Source: Azolla caroliniana (taxonomy: Eukaryota; Plantae; Polypodiophyta). From it: a stretch of 64,000 bases of DNA. The translations under genes were made by a program, and so were the position numbers. This document shows positions 54,516 to 62,700 of this stretch, piece by piece. The notes under the pieces are model-generated. The model was not told where the DNA came from. It saw nothing but the letters and a program-made list of their open reading frames with translations, and did no database searches. Position 1 is the first letter of the stretch. Each line of letters opens with the position of its first letter. The stretch lies in the NCBI GenBank assembly GCA_043228905.1, contig JBHGNT010000016.1:248001-312000 (forward strand), read 5' to 3'.

Positions 54516-57500
54516 TCATCGATGGAAGTCTTCTAGAAGAGCACGAGCATTGGTCACATTCTCGATCGGTTCCCAAGTACGCTCGCTGGGACTATATCCT
54601 AGCCAATCGACTAGATAGTAGAGCTTGTTGCGAACAATCTTGGAATCGAGGATGGCAGCGACCTCATACTCAGGTCCATCTTCGAGCTCGATAGGAGGTG
54701 GAGGTTGTATAGTACGTCCTGGGATAGTGCTCTCGTGATAGGGTTCGAGGAGAGAACTATGAAACACCGGGTGTATCCGAAGTTGCGGAGGTAGCTCGAG
54801 ACGAAAAGCGACATCATTAATCTTCCCGATAATACGGAAAGGACCTAATCGTCGATAATCCAACTTCTCACATGGGCGAGTAATCTTGATGTGTCGTCGT
54901 AGCAGCCACACCCGATCTCCAATGTTAAAACTGGATGGAAGTCGATGACGATCTGCGTAGTCCTTGTGTGATTGTTGAGCTTGCTGGAGTTGAGTAGATA
55001 AATCCGCTTGTATCTTGCGTAACCGCTCCAAACGATCCTCCGCGCAAGGATTTGTGGACACTTCTGGGGTTTCAAGGACACACCACCGGGGATGATATCC
55101 CGTATAAGCGTAGAATGGCGTGACTTTAGTCGATGCGTGGATAGCGTTATTATAGGCAAATTCGGCGAACTGAAGAATATCTGCCCAGTCATTCTGATGA
55201 TAGTTGAGAAAGCACCGCAGATACTGCTCCAGTGTTTGATTTGTTCGTTCGGCTTGACCGTCGGTTTGTGGGTGGTAGCCGGAGGAGAGGTTACAAGTGA
55301 CCTTCAGCATTTTAAAAAGGTGCTTCCAGAATTTTGACACAAACTGGGGTCCACGATCGCTGATGATATTATCAGGGAGTCCATGATGCCGACATACTTC
55401 CCGCATGACAATTTCGGCGGTGTCTTCACTAGATATTTCTTTAGTACATGGTAAGAAATGAGCCATCTTCGTATATCGATCCACCACTGTGAGAATCGCA
55501 CTGAATCCCTTAGAGACTGGAAGATCTGTAATGAAGTCAAGAGCAATGGATTGCCATGGCTTGCTTGGAATTGGTAATGGTTCTAATAAACCATATGGAT
55601 GATGTCTTGGCATTTTCGCTCTGCAGCATGTATCGCAAGTCCGAACAAAATCTTCGACAAATTGTCGCATACGGGGCCACCAGAATGATCGTTGTACTAA
55701 ATCTAATGTTTTAGTACTACCAAAATGTCCTGCTGTATATGTGTCATGGCAGTTTTGTACTACTCGAAGGCGGCAAGAACCATTAGGAACATACAAAAGT
55801 TCTTTAAAGAAGAGTAATCCATCACAGTATTTGAATTGCCGATAATCCGTACCTGGTGATTGTGATTGTGAACATGACGCTCGAGAGGGGTCAATTTGTG
55901 CTAGTATAGCTTGGGCGAAAGCGTCAGTCTTCAAGTCCTCACGTATAGTATTGGTAATGTCGGAATCCACGGGCATGTCAAAGATCTGTGCTGCTTGCAG
56001 TCGTGCTGGACCCAAGATTACTTGCTTCTGGTTATCGAAAGCTGGCTCACCGGGACGTGGTGTTAGATACGAACGCCGTGATAATGCATCTGCCTTCCCT
56101 TGGTGCTTCCCCGGACGATATGTAATTTTGAAGTCGAAGCGTGTGAGGAAGTGGGCCCACCGAGCTTGACGTCGATTCAGTACACGAGCATCTTGAAAGT
56201 AGGCAAGGTTCTTGTGGTCACTGAATACAGTGACCTGATGAGGAGATCCCTCCAGGAAATGCCTCCATTGCATAAAAGAATCAACTATTGCTAATAGCTC
56301 TTTATCATGAATTTCGTAGTTGATTTCGGCGGCGTCAAACTTACGGGAGTGGAAAGCCACAGGATGTAGCTTCTCGTCGTTACCCTGTTGTGACAGAATG
56401 CTCCCCAATGCGAAATCCGATGCATCAGCTTCGATAATGAATGGTTTTTCCGGATCCACATGACCTAAAATTGGAGCTGATGTAAACGCCTTCTTAAGAC
56501 TCTCGAAAGCCATGTCCGTCTCTTTAGACCAAATGAATGATTGTCCCTTCCTGGTGAGCTGTGTGAGAGGCAGCACAATTTTTGAGTAATTTTGTATGAA
56601 CTTCCGGTAGAAATTTGCAAAGCCTAGGAAGCATTGCACATCCCGCACCGAACGCGGAGTGTGCCATTCTATCACCGTTTTGACCTTGGCTGGGTCCATA
56701 GATATGCCTTCTGAGGAGATGACAAAGCCGAGAAACTCCACTTGGTTGCACCCGAAACTACATTTCTCTAACTTTGCATACAGACCATGTTCTCGAAGTC
56801 GTTTTAGTACTAATAGTACATGAGAATCATGTTCTTCTTGGGTCTTTGAATAAACCAGTAGATCATCCAAATAGATGATCAAAAAATCATCCAAGAGATC
56901 TCGAAATATATCATTCGCCATGTGCTGGAAGACTGCCGGCGCATTAGTGAGTCCGAACGGCATGACCGTATACTCGAAGTGCCCATATCTGGTGCGAAAC
57001 GCGGTCTTCCATTCATCTCCTGGTCGGATCCGTACGAGGTTATAGGCTCCTCGTAAGTCGATCTTCGTGAAGAACCTGGCACCGTTGATCCGTTCTAAAA
57101 GACTTGAGATAAGGGGAAGAGCATACCTATTTCTTACTGTGACCTTATTCAAGCCACGGTAATCTACAACGAGTCGAAGCGAGCCATCTTTTTTCTTGAC
57201 GAAGAAAATGGGTGCGCCGGCTGGAGATTTCGAATGCCGAATGAAACCGTTCTCCAAATTCTCCTCTATATAGGCTCGAAGGACTTCTAGCTCGGTTGGT
57301 GACAAATTGTAGATCGGCCCCCATGGCGGCTCTTTTCCCGGTTGTAAGTCGATGGCGCAGTCGTACGGCCGATGATGAGGAAGTGTGTTGGCTTGTACTT
57401 TATCGAACACATCAGCATACTGACGATACTTCTCGGGAAGTTGAACGGTGGACTCCTCTTTGGTGGTGCTGGAGGGTTGTACTGATATTGCAAAGAGAAA

Positions 57501-58037
57501 CATTTCCTCCTTGCGCCCTTCCTCACGCAACTGACGTAGCGAAATGGTTGCAACCTTCTGGGTAGATCCTTGGGTTTGTCGCAACCGGATTTCCCTTGTC
57601 CTCCAATCTATGTCTGGGTCATGTAACTCGAACCATGGTAATCCTAAAACTATGGGATGTTCTGGAATACTAATAATATTAAATGATACTACACATGTTA
57701 AGTTATCTAGGACAATATTAACGGGTTCCGACTCTTCTATGATATTACCAGAAGCAATGGGACGACCATCAATGACTACTACTGAGGCTGGACATGGGAG
57801 CTTTCTGAGAGATATCTGATGAGCTCGGGCAAAATTCCTATCCATGAAGCAAGAATTAGCTCCGGAATCTAGAAGGGCTAAGGTATGTACTGGAGGGGTA
57901 CTTTTAGTACTAACTGCTACTTGGACTACGAACACATCACTAACTTGCTTAGAGGGAATGGAACCACTAATGGGCTGCACAGATCTAGGGCTGTCCAACC
58001 AAACGGCTCCTATTTTGGCTGGACTTAGTCGTTTAAC
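54516..58037 (-). CDS. pol: Pol (protease, RT, RNase H, integrase, chromodomain), probably reached by -1 frameshift from gag
   Basis: LLDSGA; SPAGAPIFFVKKKDGSLRLVVDYRGLN; YLDD; EADASD; HHCC; ALDF/SDRG/QAER; LGPF; chromodomain YEVAAILDSK...YYLVDWLGYSPSERTWEP. There is no ATG, and the frame stays open up to the gag end. Confidence 0.95.
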   Translation of the reverse strand, partial: VKRLSPAKIGAVWLDSPRSVQPISGSIPSKQVSDVFVVQVAVSTKSTPPVHTLALLDSGANSCFMDRNFARAHQISLRKLPCPASVVVIDGRPIASGNIIEESEPVNIVLDNLTCVVSFNIISIPEHPIVLGLPWFELHDPDIDWRTREIRLRQTQGSTQKVATISLRQLREEGRKEEMFLFAISVQPSSTTKEESTVQLPEKYRQYADVFDKVQANTLPHHRPYDCAIDLQPGKEPPWGPIYNLSPTELEVLRAYIEENLENGFIRHSKSPAGAPIFFVKKKDGSLRLVVDYRGLNKVTVRNRYALPLISSLLERINGARFFTKIDLRGAYNLVRIRPGDEWKTAFRTRYGHFEYTVMPFGLTNAPAVFQHMANDIFRDLLDDFLIIYLDDLLVYSKTQEEHDSHVLLVLKRLREHGLYAKLEKCSFGCNQVEFLGFVISSEGISMDPAKVKTVIEWHTPRSVRDVQCFLGFANFYRKFIQNYSKIVLPLTQLTRKGQSFIWSKETDMAFESLKKAFTSAPILGHVDPEKPFIIEADASDFALGSILSQQGNDEKLHPVAFHSRKFDAAEINYEIHDKELLAIVDSFMQWRHFLEGSPHQVTVFSDHKNLAYFQDARVLNRRQARWAHFLTRFDFKITYRPGKHQGKADALSRRSYLTPRPGEPAFDNQKQVILGPARLQAAQIFDMPVDSDITNTIREDLKTDAFAQAILAQIDPSRASCSQSQSPGTDYRQFKYCDGLLFFKELLYVPNGSCRLRVVQNCHDTYTAGHFGSTKTLDLVQRSFWWPRMRQFVEDFVRTCDTCCRAKMPRHHPYGLLEPLPIPSKPWQSIALDFITDLPVSKGFSAILTVVDRYTKMAHFLPCTKEISSEDTAEIVMREVCRHHGLPDNIISDRGPQFVSKFWKHLFKMLKVTCNLSSGYHPQTDGQAERTNQTLEQYLRCFLNYHQNDWADILQFAEFAYNNAIHASTKVTPFYAYTGYHPRWCVLETPEVSTNPCAEDRLERLRKIQADLSTQLQQAQQSHKDYADRHRLPSSFNIGDRVWLLRRHIKITRPCEKLDYRRLGPFRIIGKINDVAFRLELPPQLRIHPVFHSSLLEPYHESTIPGRTIQPPPPIELEDGPEYEVAAILDSKIVRNKLYYLVDWLGYSPSERTWEPIENVTNARALLEDFHR
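57960..58037 (-). promoter_or_regulatory. -1 ribosomal frameshift signal (G UUA AAC, 6-nt spacer, 11-bp stem, possible pseudoknot)
   Basis: Heptamer at 58031-58037 in the gag frame; stem arms at 58014-58024 and 57993-58003; pol is in the -1 frame. Confidence 0.8.
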
Positions 58038-59194
58038 TCTTCTTCTAATTGGCTAAGGACATCAAATTTGTTTGCGAGATTCGGACTATTAGTACTATTA
58101 GGACTATTATGACTATGAGGATTATCAGAGATTCCTACTGAAATAGACTCGGATTTAGTATAGTCAGAACTAACAATGACTTGGTTTACCTGCCTTCTTG
58201 GTCTATGGGGACAGTTTATCGCGATATGCCCTGGTCCACCGCAATAAAGGCATAATCGGTTTGTTCGGCGTCGTTGCTTTTCCTCCTCCGATAGCGGCCC
58301 ACGACGACGTGTAGTGTCAATTTCCATTGGAGTTGGAGTACTTACTGGAGGCGCATTATGTGACTCCCTTTGAAAAGGTTTCGCTACCACTGAGGCATAG
58401 GTAGGCTCGGATCTTGCCCTCGGCATCTGAAATTGTCGTTCCGAACGTCGCTCGAAGAGGCGGTTGTCACATCTGACCGCTCGACTGATTGCTTCTGTTA
58501 ATGATTTTGGCTCTTCAGGGAAAGTCAAGAGTAAATCCTTGACATCGTTGCGTAGACCATAGCGGAACTGCTCCATCAATGCTTGATCATCCCAGGGGAT
58601 ATCGGCGGCGAGTAGGCGGAAATCTGCAGCATATGCGGAGGCTGGACGGTCACCTTGGCGTAATCGCCGGATTTTGTTGATTGCAGTCCTTATGCTGTCA
58701 GTATCTCCAAAACATGCTTTAAACTCACTTATGAATTCTTCAAAATTATTTAGTACTGGAGATTCCTTTTCTAGTAGCGGAGCGAACCATGCTAATGCTG
58801 AGCCATTTAACAACGTGCCTACTAAACCCACTCGTGATGCATCGGTGGGATATCGGGACGGATGCATTTGAATAACTAACCGTACCTGGTTAAGAAACCC
58901 TCTAAACTGCGATCGCGTTCCATCGAACTTCGTGGGAAGGCCAATCTTGGGTTCTTTATGAATCCCTTGTGCTCCGTGCCCTTGTTGTTGCATTGCTACG
59001 ATGGTTGCTTCGAGTTGTTGCACGCGTAACGCAAGTTCCCCATGCTGTTGTTGCGTTTGCTGCTTTTCTAAGGAAATTTGCTGAAGATCCCCCAACAAGC
59101 GTTGATTTTCTTGTTCCAAAGCATGAAACTTCTCTTTCAAGCATTGAAATTCCGAGAAAACGGATTGATACTCTTCAGCGCTAACGGTGGCCAT
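58025..59194 (-). CDS. gag: Gag (N-terminal coiled coil, capsid, one CCHC knuckle), sushi/PEG10-like
   Basis: KIGLPTKFDGTRSQFRGF, LRQG...YAADFR, QFRYGL, PTPMEID, CLYCGGPGHIAINC. Confidence 0.95.
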   Translation of the reverse strand: MATVSAEEYQSVFSEFQCLKEKFHALEQENQRLLGDLQQISLEKQQTQQQHGELALRVQQLEATIVAMQQQGHGAQGIHKEPKIGLPTKFDGTRSQFRGFLNQVRLVIQMHPSRYPTDASRVGLVGTLLNGSALAWFAPLLEKESPVLNNFEEFISEFKACFGDTDSIRTAINKIRRLRQGDRPASAYAADFRLLAADIPWDDQALMEQFRYGLRNDVKDLLLTFPEEPKSLTEAISRAVRCDNRLFERRSERQFQMPRARSEPTYASVVAKPFQRESHNAPPVSTPTPMEIDTTRRRGPLSEEEKQRRRTNRLCLYCGGPGHIAINCPHRPRRQVNQVIVSSDYTKSESISVGISDNPHSHNSPNSTNSPNLANKFDVLSQLEEELND

Positions 59195-59268
59195 GGGATG
59201 AAGGAAAAGGGAAATAAGAGACTAGTAGGAAAGGAGAGAGACAGAAGGAAGAGGGAGACTAGTAGGGG

Positions 59269-59280
59269 AAATCGGTTCAA
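59269..59280 (-). other. Primer-binding site of self-priming type
   Basis: TTGAACCGATTT begins 2 nt after the 5' LTR and lacks the TGG tRNA signature. It is perfectly complementary to AAATCGGTTCAA in the LTR (59523-59534). Confidence 0.88.
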
Positions 59281-59415
59281 ACTGTCAGGAACTCTATTAA
59301 GGCAGAGAAGGAATTAGTACTAAAAGAAGGATTAGTACTATTGTTGGGGAATAGTACTAAGACAGAGAAGGATTAGTACTATGAGAGGTGTCGAACTTTG
59401 AGAGAAGGAATGAGT

Positions 59416-59453
<38 letters not shown>

Positions 59454-59560
59454 TGGTGCGAAAGATATATGTATTATATGACGGAAGATATACAACAGTA
59501 GTTAGAAGGCTTAAGACTGGCGTTGAACCGATTTGGTTCGAACTAATGCCTTGCGCCTCC

Positions 59561-59567
59561 TTTTATA
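59561..59567 (-). promoter_or_regulatory. TATA box of the 5' LTR (copy at 54266-54272)
   Basis: The minus strand reads TATAAAA, 33 nt before the predicted transcript 5' end at 59534. Confidence 0.8.
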
Positions 59568-59572
59568 GTGTC

Positions 59573-59620
59573 TTCAGGAATACTCCTGAAGTTTCTAGAA
59601 TGTTCCAGAGAAATCTGGAA
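59573..59620. promoter_or_regulatory. Heat-shock element array (copy at 54278-54325)
   Basis: TTCagGAAtaCTCctGAAgtTTCtaGAAtgTTCcaGAGaaATCtgGAA: ten alternating nGAAn/nTTCn units, 7 perfect, including 4 consecutive perfect units. Confidence 0.75.
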
Positions 59621-59679
59621 TATACATCATTTTCCTAATAAAACCTAAATGAAAATAATATCCTTCAAATTACAACTCA

Positions 59680-59733
59680 TAACCTAATGGTAAAGTCTCG
59701 ACCCTTGTAACAAAAGGTTATGGGTTCGAGTCT
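59680..59733 (+). promoter_or_regulatory. tRNA-derived A box / B box cassette in the 5' LTR
   Basis: Same as 54385-54438. This copy has CTTGTAA, which resembles an anticodon loop. Confidence 0.55.
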
Positions 59734-59743
59734 AGTTATGACA

Positions 59744-62700
59744 CCTCCTCAAATTTGCTAATTTCTTCATGTCTCTCGACCTGAGTTTCAAAATCATGAT
59801 TTTTTAATACCATATCAGAACTAGCGTTGTTAGCTTCGATTCACATGTTTGAACACAAAAATCTGATATCACACGAGCCTGGTATGAACACTTTAATTTA
59901 CCTACTAGCTCCTGTCAACTCCCTCCTCAAATTTACTAATTTTTTCATGTGTGTCGACCTGAGTTTTAAAATCTTGATTTCTTAATTCCATATCACAGCT
60001 AGCGTTGTTAGCTTCGATTCCCATGTTTGAACACAGAAATCAGATATCACACGAGCCTGGTATGAACATTTTAATTTACTAACGCGCTCTGCTCCACTAC
60101 CTCCTCAAATTTGCTAATTTCTTCATGTCTCACGACCTGAGTTTCAAAATCTTGATTTTTTAAATCCATATCTGAGCTAGCGTTGTTAGCTTCGATTCGC
60201 ATGTTTGAACACAAAAATCCGATATCACACGAGCCATGTATGAACATTTTAATTTACCTACTAGCTCTTGTCAACTCCCTCCTCAATATTTCTAATTTCT
60301 TCATGTCTCTCGACCTGAGTTTCAAAATCTTGATTTTTTAATTCCATATTAGAGCTAGCGTTTTTAGCTTCGATTCGCATCTTCGAACATAGAAATCCGA
60401 TATCACACGAGCCGGGTATGAACATTTTAATTTACCTACTAGCGCTTGTCAACTCCCTCCTCAAATTTGCTAATTTCTTCATGTCTCTCGACCTAAGTTT
60501 GAAAATCTAGATTTTTCAATTCCATATCAGAGCTAGCGTTGTTAGCTTTGATTCTTATGTTTGAACACAGAAATCCGATATCACACGAGCCAGGTATGAA
60601 CATTTTAATTTACCTACTAGCTCTGGTCAACTCCCTCCTCAAATTTGTTAATTTCTTCATGTCTCTGGACCTGAGTTTCAAAATCTTGATTTTTGAATTC
60701 CATATCAGAGCTAGCGTTGTTAGCTTCGATTCACATGTTTTAACATAAAAATCCGATATCATACGAGCCAGGTATGAACCTTTTAATTTACCTACTAACG
60801 CTTGTTAACTCCCTCCTCAAATTTGCTAATTTCTTCATGTCTCTCGACCTGAGTTTTAAAATCTTGATTTTTGAATTCCATATCAGAGCTAGCGTTGTTA
60901 GCTTCGATTCACATGTTTGAACATAAAAATTCGATATCATACGAGCCAGGTATGAACCTTTTAATTTACCTACTAGCGCTTGTCAACTCCCTCCTCAAAT
61001 TTGCTAATTTCTTCATGTCCCTCGACCATAACATAGCTAGCGCTGTTAGCTTCGATTCACATGTTTGAACACAAAAATCCGATATCACACGAGCCACGGA
61101 TGAACATTTTAATTTACCTACTAGCGCTTGTCAACTCCCTCCTCAAATTTGCTAATTTCTTCATGTCTCTCGACCTGAGTTTCAAAAACTGGATTTTTCA
61201 ATTCCATAACAGAGCTAGCACTGTTAGCTTCGATTCGCATGTTTGAACACAAAAATCCGATATCACACGAGCCACGGATGAAGATTTTAATTTACCTACT
61301 AGCTCTTGTCAACTCCCACCTGAAATTTGCTAATTTCTTCACGTCTCTCGACCTGACTTTCAAAATCTTGATTAAGAAATTCCATATCAAAGCTAGCATT
61401 GTTAGCTTCGATTCGCATGTTTGAACACAAAAATCCGATATCACACGAGCCATGTATGAACATTTTAATTTACCTACTAGCTCTTGTCAACTCCCTCCTC
61501 AATATTTCTAATTTCTTCATGTCTCTCGACCTGAGTTTCAAAATCTGGATTTTTTAATTCCATATTAGAGCTAGCGTTTTTAGCTTCGATTCGCATCTTC
61601 GAACATAGAAATCCGATATCACACGAGCCGGGTATGAACCTTTTAATTTAACTACTAGCGCTTGTCAACTCCCTCCTCAAATTTGCTAATTTCTTCATGT
61701 GTCTCGACCTGAGTTTCAAAATCTTGATTTTTTAATACCATATCAGAGCTAGCGTTGTTAGCTTCGATTCACATGTTTGAACACAAAAATCTGATATCAC
61801 ACGAGCCTGGTATGAACATTTTAATTTACCTACTAGGGCTTGTCAACTCCCTCCTTAAATTTACTAATTTTTTCATGTGTGTCGACCTGAGTTTCAAAAT
61901 CTTGATTTTTTAATACCATATCAGAGCTAGCGGTGTTAGCTTCGATTCCCATGTTTGAACACAGAAATTAGATATCAGACGAGCCTGGTATGAACATTTT
62001 AATTTACCAACGCGCTCTTCTCCACTACCTCCTCAAATTTGCTAATTTCTTCATGTCTCTCGACCTGAGTTTCAAAATCTGGATTTTTCAATTCCATATC
62101 AGAGCTAGCGTTGTTAGCTTTGATTCTTATGTTTGAACACAAAAATCCGATATCACACGAGCCAGGTATGAACATTTTAATTTACCTACTAGCTCTTGTC
62201 AACTCCCTCCTGAAATTTCTTAATTTCTTCATGTCTCTCGACCTGAGTTTCAAAATCTTGATTTTTTAATTCCATAATAGAGCTAGCGCTGTTAGCTTGG
62301 ATTCACATGTTTAAAAACAAAAATCCGATATCACACGAACCACGTATGAACATTTTAATTTACCTACTAGCGCTTATCAACTCCCTCAAATTTGCTAATT
62401 TCTTCATGTCTCTCGACCTGAGTTTCAAAATCTTGATTTTTCAATTCCATATTAGAGCTAGCGTTCTTAGCTTCGATTCGCAAGTTTGAACACAAAAATC
62501 CGATATTACACGAGCCACGTATGAACATTTTAATTTACCTACTAGCGCTTGTAACCTCCCTCATGAAATTTGCTAATTTCTTCATGTCTCTCGACCTGAG
62601 TTTCAAAATCTTGATTTTTTAATTGCATATCAAAGCTAGCGCTGTTAGCTTCGATTCACATGTTTGAACACAAAAATCCGATATCACACAAGCCACGGAT

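Larger units (their letters stand above)
53982..59743 (-). mobile_element. Full-length Ty3/Gypsy chromovirus (Tcn1/Tf1-sushi-like), 5762 bp, recent insertion
   Basis: Two near-identical TGTCA...TGACA LTRs; TSD CCTCC at 53977-53981 and 59744-59748; gag; pol with chromodomain; PPT; self-priming site. Confidence 0.97.
59283..59743 (-). repeat. 5' LTR (461 bp)
   Basis: TG...CA termini; repeat of 53982-54448; adjacent to the PBS and upstream of gag. Confidence 0.97.
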
